DNA of 64,000 bases from an uncultured Chitinophagaceae bacterium (GCA_963705285.1 OY970066.1:2168094-2232093); one strand, 5' to 3'. Shown: positions 37,752 to 47,596, numbered from the stretch's first letter. Made by a program: numbers and translations. The notes: generated by a model not told the origin, from the sequence alone.

Positions 37752-40365
37752 TCGCATTCTCCCGCTCGCGCAACTCCCTTAATTTATCCAAGGCGCCAGA
37801 CACCACATCGCACATTACTGTATACAATGCGCCCGGTTTTGCATGGGCATAAATATATTCCAGCGCTTCATTCTCGTTGGGTATCACCATGGTAGGCAAT
37901 GCAGGGTTTACTTTGGCAATACCTTCTTTCAGCAGGTTGATTATTTCATCTGCGCTGCGGCCGCGCAGGTTTTTATCGCAGCGAATAATGATCTCGTCAA
38001 ACATACCCGCAGAAATCTCGCCCAGTTCACGGATATCGGCATCGCGACGGTCGCCCGTACCCGAAATCAGCCCCACACGATAAGGATAATCCAGCTTGCC
38101 GATAAAGTCGGCCAGCAGCTTGAGGCCGTGCGGGTTGTGCGCAAAATCGGCCAGCACGGTAAAGTTTTTAAAATTAAAAAAGTTGAGCCTGCCCGGCGTT
38201 TGCACGGCAGATGGCATGAAAGACGACAGGGCTGAACGGATGTCTTCAATGGTTATATCGCGGAAAAGGTAAGAGGCCAGTACGGCAGGCAGGCAGTTGT
38301 TGACATTGTGCACGGCTTTTCCGTCAAACGTTACCGGAATGTCTTTTACATTCATCACCCGTATTTTCCAGGTGCCTTTAAGAATGCTTACGTAACCATT
38401 TTCAAATACAGATGCAAGTCCGCCGCCAGTGCAATGTGCTTTAATACGCGGGTTGTTTTCATCCATGCTAAACAGGGCCACATTACAATCCAGCCCCTTG
38501 CGCATGGCGTATACGCGGTCGTCATCGGCATTCAGCACCGCGTACCCGTGCGAAAATACCGTTTCGGGCAATACGGCTTTTACCTTGGCCATCTGGTCAA
38601 TGGTATGAATGCCGCCCAGGCCAATATGATCTTCAGCCACATTGGTAACAATCGCAATTTCACAATGCTGAAACGCCAGTCCTGCTTTAAGAATACCACC
38701 ACGCGCGCATTCTAATACCGCAAAATCAACGGTTGGGTCTTTGAGCACAAAATTAGACGATACCGGGCCGGTGCAATCGCCGCGCATCATCAGCTGGTTT
38801 TGTATATACACGCCATCACTGGTAGTGTACCCTACTTTTTTACCAGCGCTTTTGGCTATATGCGCAATTAGCCGGGTGGTAGTGGTTTTTCCATTGGTAC
38901 CGGTAACGGCAATAATGGGTATGCGGCCCGCGCTGCCTTTGGGAAACAGCATGTCCACCACGGGTTCGGCCACATTGCGCGGCAGCCCTTCGCTGGGCTC
39001 TATGTGCATACGGAAACCGGGTGCTGCATTTACTTCCAGTATAGCACCGCCATTTTCTGTTACCGGTGTTTTAAGATCAGAAGCCATAATATCGATGCCG
39101 CAAATATCCAGTCCAATAATTTTGGCAATGCGTTCGCACATAAAAATATTGGCAGGGTGTACTTCATCGGTTACATCGGTAGACGTGCCACCGGTAGAAA
39201 GGTTGGCGGTGGGTTTCAGCATTACCAGTTCGCCTTTAGGCGGAACCGTACTCAGCGAATAATTTTTTTCGTCGAGCATTTTCTGGGTAAACTGGTCGAT
39301 GGTAATCTGGGTGAGCACTTTTTCATGGCCATAACCGCGGCGCGGGTCTTTGTTTATTTCGTCAATGAGCCAATGAATGGTGTGCTCGCCATCGCCTATA
39401 ACGCTGGCGGGTGTACGCAAAGCAGCACAAATGAATTTATAGTTGATGACCAGTATGCGGAAATCGAAACCCGTAATAAATTTTTCTACAATCACGCTGC
39501 GGCCGTATTGTTTGGCTGCTTCCAGCGCGGTGAGTGCCTGCTCCCAGGTGGTGATGTTGGTGGTGTTGCCCTTGCCGTGGTTGCCATCAATGGGTTTTAT
39601 CACCAATGGGTAACCGTATTTGTCTACGGCCTCTTTCAGTGCTTCCTCGGTACGTACAACGGTGCCGCCGGGCACGGGTATTTCTGCGGCGGATAATAAA
39701 TTTTTGGTTTCTTCTTTATCGCACGCAATATCTACTGCAATGTTGCCGGTGGTGCTGGCTATGGTGGCGCGTATTCTTTTCTGGTGGATACCGTAACCCA
39801 GTTGTACCAGGCTGCTTTTATTGAGGCGGATAAAGGGGATACCTCTTTTTACAGCTTCGTTTACAATGCTGCCGGTAGAAGGGCCGAGGCGCGTGTCTTC
39901 GCGTATTTCGCGCAGTTGCTGAATATCGGCCGTCATATCGTATTCGGCATCGTCTACAATTGCCTGTACAATGCGCACGCTGGCGCGGGCAGCGAATACG
40001 CCCGCATCTTCTTCCATATAACTAAACACCACGTAATACACGCCATGTTCCCCCGCGCTGCGCGTACGGCCAAAACCGGTATCCATACCGCTGAGGGTTT
40101 GCAGTTCCAGTGCCACGTGTTCAATTACATGGCCCATCCAGGTACCCTCGTCTACGCGTTGAAAAAAGCCGCCGGGTTCGCCCTCGCTGCAGCGGTGTTC
40201 ATATAAAGAAGGAAATAATTTTTCGAGCCGAGTGCGAAAGCCGTCTATTTTATTGGTAGGCCGCTCTTCCATGTCTTCCAGGTCCAGTTTCATCTGTATC
40301 AGTTTGTTACGCCGTACGCTCCAGTAATTAGGCCCCTTTAGCACTTTGATCTCAAGAATCTTCAT
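37747..40365 (-). CDS. cphA: cyanophycin synthetase
   Basis: 872 aa. N-terminal MKILEIKVLKGPNYWS..., an ATP-grasp domain, and a Mur-ligase-like domain with IIAVTGTNGKTTT. Confidence 0.9.
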   Translation of the reverse strand: MKILEIKVLKGPNYWSVRRNKLIQMKLDLEDMEERPTNKIDGFRTRLEKLFPSLYEHRCSEGEPGGFFQRVDEGTWMGHVIEHVALELQTLSGMDTGFGRTRSAGEHGVYYVVFSYMEEDAGVFAARASVRIVQAIVDDAEYDMTADIQQLREIREDTRLGPSTGSIVNEAVKRGIPFIRLNKSSLVQLGYGIHQKRIRATIASTTGNIAVDIACDKEETKNLLSAAEIPVPGGTVVRTEEALKEAVDKYGYPLVIKPIDGNHGKGNTTNITTWEQALTALEAAKQYGRSVIVEKFITGFDFRILVINYKFICAALRTPASVIGDGEHTIHWLIDEINKDPRRGYGHEKVLTQITIDQFTQKMLDEKNYSLSTVPPKGELVMLKPTANLSTGGTSTDVTDEVHPANIFMCERIAKIIGLDICGIDIMASDLKTPVTENGGAILEVNAAPGFRMHIEPSEGLPRNVAEPVVDMLFPKGSAGRIPIIAVTGTNGKTTTTRLIAHIAKSAGKKVGYTTSDGVYIQNQLMMRGDCTGPVSSNFVLKDPTVDFAVLECARGGILKAGLAFQHCEIAIVTNVAEDHIGLGGIHTIDQMAKVKAVLPETVFSHGYAVLNADDDRVYAMRKGLDCNVALFSMDENNPRIKAHCTGGGLASVFENGYVSILKGTWKIRVMNVKDIPVTFDGKAVHNVNNCLPAVLASYLFRDITIEDIRSALSSFMPSAVQTPGRLNFFNFKNFTVLADFAHNPHGLKLLADFIGKLDYPYRVGLISGTGDRRDADIRELGEISAGMFDEIIIRCDKNLRGRSADEIINLLKEGIAKVNPALPTMVIPNENEALEYIYAHAKPGALYTVMCDVVSGALDKLRELRERENAS

Positions 40366-40414
40366 ATTTACGCAGTTAATTGATGTTGAATAGTCAATTT
40401 AGTTTTTTTTTGGC

Positions 40415-40586
40415 TAGTTTTTAGTTTTTAGTTCGGGAGTTCCAAAGTTCCCAAGTTCGGGAGTTCCAAAGTTCGCAGGTTCCGAACTTCCTAACTAAGA
40501 ACTGACGAACTTGGGAACTTTAGAACTTTGGAACTCCCGAACACCGGAACTCCCCAGCTGCCGAACTATAAACTAAAAACTATAAA
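40415..40586. repeat. about 170-bp imperfect palindrome built from 8-nt words (GTTCNNNN) in the cphA/efp divergent spacer
   Basis: Perfect 20-bp arms 40431-40450 (gttcgggagttccaaagttc) and 40523-40542 (gaactttggaactcccgaac). The outer arms, tagtttttagttt / aaactaaaaacta, are also inverted. Confidence 0.8.
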
Positions 40587-40623
40587 CTTTTTATTAGCTT
40601 TGCCGCCTCTTAAATTTTTATTT

Positions 40624-41190
40624 ATGGCAACAACTTCAGACATCAGCCGTGGCATGATTATTAAACTGGACGGCAGTTTGTACAGCATCATAGAATTTGG
40701 TGAAAATAAAACTGCGCGTGCAGCTGCCAAAGTATGGGCCAAGCTGAAAGGTGTAGACAATGCCCGCAGCATTGAAAAAACATGGAACAGCGGCGATAAT
40801 ATTTATCCCGTGCGTGTAGAGAGAAAAGACTACCAGTATTTATACAAAGACGATACCGGCTACAGTTTTATGGACAATGAAACATTTGAGCAGGTAACCG
40901 TGCAGGAATCGATGGTGGATGCGCCCCAGTTTTTAAAAGAAGGACAAGGCGTGAGTGTTTTGATCAACACAGAAACCGAACTGCCGATGAGCGTGGAACT
41001 GCCGGATAAAATTGTTGTGCTGGTTACTTACAGCGAACCCGGTATGAAAGGCGATACGGCCACCCGTACATTAAAACCCGCCACTGTTGAGCCCGGCGCC
41101 ACCGTAATGGTACCGTTGTTTGTAAATGAGGGCGAAAAAATCCGCATCAATACAAAAACGGGCGAGTATGTGGAGAGAGTGAAAGATTAA
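40624..41190 (+). CDS. efp: elongation factor P
   Basis: The track ORF starts at 40528. The ATG at 40624 gives MATTSDISRGMIIKLDGSLYSIIEF...; 188 aa with the typical EF-P pattern. Confidence 0.9.
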   Translation: MATTSDISRGMIIKLDGSLYSIIEFGENKTARAAAKVWAKLKGVDNARSIEKTWNSGDNIYPVRVERKDYQYLYKDDTGYSFMDNETFEQVTVQESMVDAPQFLKEGQGVSVLINTETELPMSVELPDKIVVLVTYSEPGMKGDTATRTLKPATVEPGATVMVPLFVNEGEKIRINTKTGEYVERVKD

Positions 41191-41386
41191 ATATTATTTT
41201 GAATTTTGTATTTTAAATGTTGAATTTATTTTGACGATTGATATAATTCCCAATCGACTTTTTAATTTGCTAGCATCGCGGTATAGGCATTTAAAATTCA
41301 AAATTCATCATTTAAAATAATACGAGTTGCAGCATTCAAAATAACCCTATCTTAGTCCCCCATTATTCACTGAAAAAATTCAGCAT

Positions 41387-41871
41387 ATGGATTTCAAGCA
41401 AATACAGGAACTCATTCGTCTGATAAACAAATCCAATATCGGAGAAATAACGGTAGAGGAAAAAGGATTCAAAATTACCATCAAACAAAAACAGGAGGCG
41501 GTGCAACAGGTATTGGCCGCGGCTCCTGTATATGCTCCACAGCCCGTTGCGCAACAGGCCATGCCCGCGGCATCCAGCGCACCGGCTGCAGAAAAACAAA
41601 ATCTGCCGCAGAAACCGCGGCATCTTCCAACCTTATCACCATTAAAAGCCCAATGATTGGTACATTCTACCGCCGGGCATCTCCAGACAAACCGTTGTTT
41701 GTTGAAGTGGGCGATGAAATTACACCCGGCAAAGTAGTCTGCATTATTGAAGCCATGAAACTGTTTAACGAAATTGAAAGCGAGGTAAGCGGTAAAGTAG
41801 TAAAAGTACTGGTAGATGATGCATCACCCGTTGAGTACGATCAGCCGCTGTACCTTGTTGAACCAGTTTAA
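41387..41871 (+). CDS. accB: acetyl-CoA carboxylase biotin carboxyl carrier protein, reading frame interrupted near 41592-41600
   Basis: ORF 41387..41656 is the N-terminal and Ala/Pro-linker part. ORF 41653..41871 contains the biotinyl domain (MIGTFYRR...CIIEAMKLFNEIE). A third frame across gaaaaacaaaatctgccgcagaaacc reads ...KSAAETAASSNLITIKSPMIGTFY and joins the two. Confidence 0.8.
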
Positions 41872-41900
41872 ATAATGTGTAAATGTGAAAATGTGATGAA

Positions 41901-41920
41901 CCTGCCTGCCGGCAGGCAGG
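41901..41920. repeat. 20-bp perfect palindrome CCTGCCTGCCGGCAGGCAGG
   Basis: Read directly. Related copies at 44473-44492 and 44561-44580. Confidence 0.8.
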
Positions 41921-42099
41921 TGTGAGAATAGTATACTTGTATTTTTTTTCACGCCTTTTTAATCACATTGCTGCATTTGCCTCATTTTACACAATGGAAA
42001 TTAAGTTTAATAACAGGAATGTGATGCTGCTAACAAAAGCCACAGCCGGCTGCTGATTAGCACATTTTCACATTACTCACATTTCCACATTTATCATCT

Positions 42100-43437
42100 A
42101 TGTTTAAAAAAATTCTGATTGCCAATAGGGGAGAGATTGCATTGCGTGTCATACGCACCTGCCGCGAAATGGGCATTAAAACAGTAGCAGTTTATTCCAC
42201 CGCCGATAAAGACAGCCTTCACGTAAAATTTGCCGATGAGGCGGTTTGTATCGGTAAACCACAGAGCTCAGATTCTTATCTCAACATACCGCATATCATG
42301 GCCGCCGCGGAAATCACCAATGCAGACGGCATTCACCCCGGTTATGGCTTCCTGGCAGAAAATGCAAGGTTTGCACAAATATGTCTTGAACATGGTATTA
42401 AATTCATAGGGCCCACACCCGACATGATAAATGCCATGGGCGATAAAATTACCGCCAAAGAAACCATGATAAAAGCCGGCGTGCCAGTAGTGCCGGGCAG
42501 TAAAGACCTGCTTACCGATGTTAACCATGCCAAAACACTGGCTGCAGAAGTAGGTTATCCCGTTATACTGAAAGCTACGGCCGGTGGCGGTGGCAAAGGC
42601 ATGCGTGTGGTATGGAAAGAAGAAGACATTGAAAAGGCATTCAATACCGCAAAACAGGAAGCAGCCGCCTCGTTTAAAAACGACGGTATTTACATCGAAA
42701 AATTTGTAGAAGAACCCCGGCATATAGAAATACAGGTTGCCGGCGATCAGTACGGAAAAGTAAGTCACCTGAGCGAGCGCGATTGCTCTATACAGCGCCG
42801 CCACCAGAAACTGGTAGAAGAATCACCTTCGCCCTTTATGACGCCCGATCTTCGGCAGCGTATGGGCGAAGCCGCCATCAAAGCCGCATCGGCCATTAAC
42901 TATGAAAGCGTGGGCACCATTGAGTTTCTGGTAGACAAACATCGCAATTTTTATTTCATGGAAATGAATACCCGTATACAGGTTGAACACTGTGTAACGG
43001 AAGAAGTGGTGAATTTTGATTTGATAAAAGAACAGATAAAAATAGCTGCGGGAGAATCTATCAGTGGCGAAAATTATGAACCGCAGGGCCATGCCATTGA
43101 GTGCCGCATCAATGCAGAAGATCCATATAATGATTTCCGGCCCAGTCCGGGTAAAATAACGGTGCTTAACCAGCCCGGTGGCCATGGCATCCGCGTAGAT
43201 TCGCATGTGTATGCGGGTTATACCATTCCGCCGTATTACGATTCCATGATTGCCAAAATTATTGCCACCGCCCGAACAAGAAAAGAAGCCATTGATACTA
43301 TGCACCGTGCATTAACGGAGTATGTGATTGAAGGTGTAAAGACTACCATTCCTTTTCACCTGCAGCTGATGAAAGACGAGCGTTTCCGCAGCGGTGATTT
43401 CAATACAAAATTCTTAGAGTCGTTTACCTTACTATAA
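42100..43437 (+). CDS. accC: acetyl-CoA carboxylase biotin carboxylase subunit
   Basis: 445 aa. [26 protein letters not shown]..., ATP-grasp core, [10 protein letters not shown]. Confidence 0.95.
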   Translation: MFKKILIANRGEIALRVIRTCREMGIKTVAVYSTADKDSLHVKFADEAVCIGKPQSSDSYLNIPHIMAAAEITNADGIHPGYGFLAENARFAQICLEHGIKFIGPTPDMINAMGDKITAKETMIKAGVPVVPGSKDLLTDVNHAKTLAAEVGYPVILKATAGGGGKGMRVVWKEEDIEKAFNTAKQEAAASFKNDGIYIEKFVEEPRHIEIQVAGDQYGKVSHLSERDCSIQRRHQKLVEESPSPFMTPDLRQRMGEAAIKAASAINYESVGTIEFLVDKHRNFYFMEMNTRIQVEHCVTEEVVNFDLIKEQIKIAAGESISGENYEPQGHAIECRINAEDPYNDFRPSPGKITVLNQPGGHGIRVDSHVYAGYTIPPYYDSMIAKIIATARTRKEAIDTMHRALTEYVIEGVKTTIPFHLQLMKDERFRSGDFNTKFLESFTLL

Positions 43438-43593
43438 CCGCTCAGGTTAGTTAGCAACAGGGCCTGGCTGAGAATGCCGGGCTTTGTAGTTTTTTATCGC
43501 TTCGCGATGCGTTGCACGCGGAGGGCGCTTCGCTTAGGTTTCACGCGGACGGCGCGGTGGGGCGGAGGACGCGGAGGTTTTAACGCAAAAAAA

Positions 43594-43620
43594 CACCCGA
43601 AGTTTTTAAAACTTCGGGTG
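43594..43620. terminator. hairpin CACCCGAAGTT / AACTTCGGGTG (A-run upstream, so it reads as a T-run terminator on the minus strand)
   Basis: 11-bp perfect inverted repeat, flanked by aaaaaaa on the plus strand. Confidence 0.6.
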
Positions 43621-43646
43621 TTAGAAATTTCGGGCCTTTAAAACTT

Positions 43647-44047
43647 CGGGTATATCATATAGTTAGTGCTGCGCCCGCTGCTTCGTCTTTCCGCTGCGTG
43701 GAACCATCGCGAAGCGATCAAAAAAAACGGGTATATCATATAGTTAGCGCTGCGCCCGCTGCTTCGTTTTTCCGCTGCGTGAAACCATCGCGAAGCGATC
43801 ACTAAAACGGGTATATCGTATAGTTAGCGCTGCGCCCGCTGCTTCGTCTTTCCGCTCCGTGAAACCCATCGCGAAGCGTTTACTAAAAACGGGTATATCG
43901 TATAGTTAGCGCTGCGCCCGCTGCTTCGTCTTTCCGCTGCGTGAAACCCATCGCGAAGCGATCACTAAAAACGGGTATATCTATAGTTAGCGCTGCGCCC
44001 GCTGCTTCGTCTTTTCGCTGCGTGAAACCTATCGCGAAGCGATCACT
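43647..44047. repeat. tandem repeat, about 81-bp unit x5
   Basis: Units start at about 43647, 43728, 43808, 43890 and 43972. Consensus: cgggtatatcatatagttagcgctgcgcccgctgcttcgtctttccgctgcgtgaaaccatcgcgaagcgatcactaaaaa. No unique spacers. Confidence 0.85.
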
Positions 44048-44405
44048 CTTTCTTCTTCTTGTTTTTCCTTTTCTCGGCTTTTAACGCTTTTGCTTTTTCT
44101 TTTTGTTCAGGCGTTAGGGTGGCATCTATATCTTTCTTTTTTTCAGCTTTCAGCGCATCAATCTTTTGCTTCTTTTGCGCTTCGGTGAGTTTGCTATCGT
44201 TTTTTATTTTTTCTTTCTCGTCTTTGTATTCTTTTTTGGATGCTTTAACTTCCGCCGCCTGTTTATCTGTGAGGTGAAGTTCTTCTTTCAGCTTGGCTTT
44301 CTTTTTTGCAGTGGAAGCGTGATGAACGGTGTCGCGTTTTTGTTGTGCCAGCAATGCGGTGCTGCTACAAACCAGCAGGGCGATTAAGAGGTAAATTGAT
44401 TTCAT
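44043..44405 (-). CDS. secreted Lys-rich LTXXQ-motif protein (Spy/CpxP-like periplasmic chaperone family)
   Basis: The internal ATG at 44405 gives the signal peptide MKSIYLLIALLVCSSTALLAQQ. Three LTXXQ motifs (LTDKQ, LTEAQ, LTPEQ). Confidence 0.6.
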   Translation of the reverse strand: MKSIYLLIALLVCSSTALLAQQKRDTVHHASTAKKKAKLKEELHLTDKQAAEVKASKKEYKDEKEKIKNDSKLTEAQKKQKIDALKAEKKKDIDATLTPEQKEKAKALKAEKRKNKKKKE

Positions 44406-44472
44406 AAATGGATGTGTTTTAAAATTATGTTGACTGTTAAAAATTACATTTGTTGTCGCGGATGGTTGCACC

Positions 44473-44492
44473 CCTGCCTACCGGCAGGCAGG
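44473..44492. repeat. palindrome CCTGCCTACCGGCAGGCAGG
   Basis: Read directly. Confidence 0.75.
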
Positions 44493-44560
44493 CCTTCAGG
44501 GCTCTGTACGCTATATCTATTTACACCCCGGGTTTCACCCGGGGCTATTAAAGTAACGCC

Positions 44561-44580
44561 CCTGCCTACCGGCAGGCAGG
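44561..44580. repeat. palindrome CCTGCCTACCGGCAGGCAGG
   Basis: Read directly; identical to 44473-44492. Confidence 0.75.
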
Positions 44581-44727
44581 CTTTCACGGCTTCTCCGCCA
44601 TTGTTGGTGTTATCACCAACGACCTTCATTAGAAAAAAATCTGCGTGCCATAAACTCCGAAAAGGCATTTACACATTTACATATTTCCACATTTCCACAT
44701 TCATTTTATTTTCACATTATCACATTT

Positions 44728-45951
44728 TCATATTTCCACATTGACCACATTCATCACATCCTCTATCCCGTAAAATGATGCCAGCTTTCGTATCACTGCT
44801 TCCACTACTGCATCGGGACAGGAAGCGCCACTGGTGATTAAAATATCTACCGGCGTTGCCTGGGGTAAATAACCGGTTGATAACAATTCCTGGTGGGTAT
44901 GGAAATTATAATGCAGTATTTCTTTGGCGGATAAAATCTTTTCTTCGCTATTGATAAAGTAGGTGGGTAGTTTTTCTTCGCAAAGCTCTACCAGATGCGT
45001 GGTGTTAGATGAATTGTAACCACCCACCACAATAGCCAACTGTGCAGGTGTTTGCAACATGCCGGTAGCGGCGCTCTGGTTATCATTGGTAGCATAACAA
45101 AGCGTATCACGGGTATCAGCAAAACGTTCGGCAATATTATTTTCATTCAAACCATAATGTTGCATGATGGTTTTTTTGAGATAATCTGAGATGGCCTGTG
45201 TATCTGTAGCCAGTTGGGTGGTTTGGTTTACCACGCCCAGCTTCTGCAAATCTGTACGGCTGTTAAACCCTGCTGAGTACCTCCCCGCGAAAGCTGTATA
45301 AAACTCATCTGGGTTTTTTTCGCCCATCATATATTTCGCCAGCTCTATGGTATCGGCCATATCATTTACAATAACCGAAGGAGCAGAAGAAGCGGCATGC
45401 GAAAAAGTGGCCCTGGTTTCTTCGTGTTTGGGTTTTCCATGAATTACAATGCTGTAGCCCTTGCCGGCAATCTGTTCGCTGCGGTTCCATACTTTTTCTA
45501 CAAACGGGCACGTAGTATTGTATTTTTCTATGCGGATGCCTTTATCGCGCAGCATTTGTTCTGTTTGCAGCGTGGTGCCAAATGCCGGTATCAAAACAAT
45601 ATCATCCGGGGTGATGGTGTCAAAAGGAATCAGCTGTTTGCCGTAGGTATCCTGTAAAAATTGTACGCCGCGCTCCTGCAAATCTGCGTTTACCTGCGGG
45701 TTGTGGATCATTTCACTCAGCAAAAAAATACGTTTGCCCTGGTTTTCATCAATGGTTCTGAAAGCAATTTCAATGGCATTTTCCACACCGTAACAAAACC
45801 CAAAGTGGCGTGCCAGGTAAATGCGCAGCGGCCCAAAATTGAGCAGGGTGGCGCTAAAATCTTTTTTTAGCTTATCCTCCTTTCTGCGTTTATCCTTCAC
45901 CGCGGTAATCAGCGGGCTTCTATAGGTAAGGGGAACATTAAATGTTTTCAT
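44728..45951 (-). CDS. ispH: 4-hydroxy-3-methylbut-2-enyl diphosphate reductase
   Basis: The track ORF begins with GTG at 45960; the ATG at 45951 gives MKTFNVPL... Motifs: ARHFGFCYGVENAI, IHNPQV. Confidence 0.85.
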   Translation of the reverse strand: MKTFNVPLTYRSPLITAVKDKRRKEDKLKKDFSATLLNFGPLRIYLARHFGFCYGVENAIEIAFRTIDENQGKRIFLLSEMIHNPQVNADLQERGVQFLQDTYGKQLIPFDTITPDDIVLIPAFGTTLQTEQMLRDKGIRIEKYNTTCPFVEKVWNRSEQIAGKGYSIVIHGKPKHEETRATFSHAASSAPSVIVNDMADTIELAKYMMGEKNPDEFYTAFAGRYSAGFNSRTDLQKLGVVNQTTQLATDTQAISDYLKKTIMQHYGLNENNIAERFADTRDTLCYATNDNQSAATGMLQTPAQLAIVVGGYNSSNTTHLVELCEEKLPTYFINSEEKILSAKEILHYNFHTHQELLSTGYLPQATPVDILITSGASCPDAVVEAVIRKLASFYGIEDVMNVVNVEI

Positions 45952-46142
45952 TAACTGCACATTGTTTTGTGGTACACACCGCTACATCAAAAATTTAATC
46001 ACAAAGGTACAACCGGCAGGGGGTTATTATAAATTTTGAATCTTGTATTTTAAATGCTTTTCTTGCAGGATAATTGCAGCTTTTATGGCACTGGCGTCGG
46101 CTTGCAAGGCCATACGCCATTACACCTTTAACATTACATTGT

Positions 46143-47423
46143 ATGGAACACTTTACCCCGGTAGCATGGTCAACTGATAGCAATATTTATGAAGTAAACC
46201 TTCGCCAGTACACACAAGAGGGCACCTTTAATGCGTTTATAAAAGAATTGCCACGGCTGCGGCATATGGGTATCGAAATTTTATGGTTTATGCCCATTAC
46301 ACCCATTAGCCACGAGAAGCGGCTGGGCACACTGGGCAGCTATTATGCATGCAGCAGTTATGTGCAAACCAACCCCGAATATGGCAGTATCAGCGATTTC
46401 AAAAACCTGGTAGCCGCCGCGCACGATCTTGGTTTTAAAGTAATCATAGACTGGGTGGCCAATCATACCGGCTGGGATCATGAGTGGACGAAGGAGCACC
46501 CTCATTTTTACCGCCGTAATATGGAAGGCCATTTTTTTGACGCCCATGGGTGGAACGATGTAATTGACCTAAACTACGACAATGAAGAACTGCGTACCAA
46601 AATGATCGCGGCCATGGAATTTTGGGTGAAAGAATGCGGGATCGATGGATTTAGGTGCGATATGGCCATGCTGGTGCCGCTCGATTTTTGGAAAACCGCC
46701 CGCCGGCATTTAGACGGCATCAAAAAACTCTTTTGGCTGGCAGAGTGCGAAGACATTGTATACCACGAAGCATTTGATGCCACCTATACCTGGAAATGGC
46801 TGCATAAAATGGAGGCGTTTCACCGTAAAGAAACAGATATTGCCGGGCTTGATGAAGTCTTGAAATTCTACGACAGCATGTTTCCGCCAACGGCCATGCG
46901 CGCATTCTTTACTACCAACCACGATGAAAATTCGCACAGTGGCAGCGAGTATGAAAGGCTGGGTGACGCTGCTGAAGCATTTGCGGTACTCTGCTGCACG
47001 TGGAATGCCATTCCGCTTATTTACAGCGGACAAGAACTGCCCAATAAAAAAAGGTTGAAATTTTTTGACAAAGACTTTATTGAATGGAATGGCGAATTTG
47101 CGCTGCATGACTTTTTTAAAACACTGCTCACACTAAGAAAACATAATCCGGCATTAAAAACAGGTGATGAAGAGGTGGCTACCTTACGGGTACATACCGA
47201 TGCAAACAACTTTGTATTTTCTTTTTTACGACGTAATAAAAGAACAGGCAATGAGGTGCTGGTGGTTCTTAACCTGTCTGATATTAAGCGACCACTGGTG
47301 CACTTGACCGACGGTGAAATCACCGGTTCTTACACCAATGTATTTACCCATGCGGTGAAAGATTTTACCGAAGAAAAGCATTTTGCGCTTCGGCCGTGGG
47401 AGTACCAGGTATATGCGAAGTAA
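46143..47423 (+). CDS. alpha-amylase family glycoside hydrolase (GH13)
   Basis: The ATG at 46143 gives MEHFTPVAWSTDSNIYEVNLRQYT... GH13 regions: VIIDWVANHTG, GFRCDMA, FWLAECE, FTTNHDEN. Confidence 0.85.
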   Translation: MEHFTPVAWSTDSNIYEVNLRQYTQEGTFNAFIKELPRLRHMGIEILWFMPITPISHEKRLGTLGSYYACSSYVQTNPEYGSISDFKNLVAAAHDLGFKVIIDWVANHTGWDHEWTKEHPHFYRRNMEGHFFDAHGWNDVIDLNYDNEELRTKMIAAMEFWVKECGIDGFRCDMAMLVPLDFWKTARRHLDGIKKLFWLAECEDIVYHEAFDATYTWKWLHKMEAFHRKETDIAGLDEVLKFYDSMFPPTAMRAFFTTNHDENSHSGSEYERLGDAAEAFAVLCCTWNAIPLIYSGQELPNKKRLKFFDKDFIEWNGEFALHDFFKTLLTLRKHNPALKTGDEEVATLRVHTDANNFVFSFLRRNKRTGNEVLVVLNLSDIKRPLVHLTDGEITGSYTNVFTHAVKDFTEEKHFALRPWEYQVYAK

Positions 47424-47515
47424 GCATCGCTGATGTCTGATTTTGTGATCGCTGATTTGAAGGCAGCCAACCGAAATCGGAGATAAACAAATCAGCGATC
47501 AGAGATAAAAACAAA

Positions 47516-47547
47516 GGCCGGTGCTTCTTACAGCGCCGGCCTTTTTT
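47516..47547. terminator. bidirectional rho-independent terminator (GGCCGGTGC ... GCGCCGGCC + T6)
   Basis: GC-rich 9-bp stem (one G-U) between the convergent amylase and htrA-like genes. A-run upstream, T-run downstream. Confidence 0.7.
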
Positions 47548-47596
47548 AAAAGGATATATCCTGGATTCTTCTTATCGGTGATTCATAGATTCATTA

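Noticed and set aside
38308-40206. Several 130-230-aa plus-strand ORFs inside cphA. The same pattern occurs inside accC (42268..43305), the FtsX genes, ddl, the PASTA gene and the TonB receptor.
   Set aside because: These are antisense shadow ORFs within long, well-supported genes. Their sequences are low-complexity and rich in R/G/F/H, which is typical of antisense frames.
43647-44047. Regularly spaced repeats that could be mistaken for a CRISPR array.
   Set aside because: The whole 81-bp unit repeats head-to-tail, with no unique spacers between copies. No cas genes are in the window. It is a tandem minisatellite.
44412-44744. 110-aa and 74-aa ORFs with PAGRQ-like peptides.
   Set aside because: They are translations of the GC-rich palindrome cluster and of the CACATTT heptamer array, not genes.
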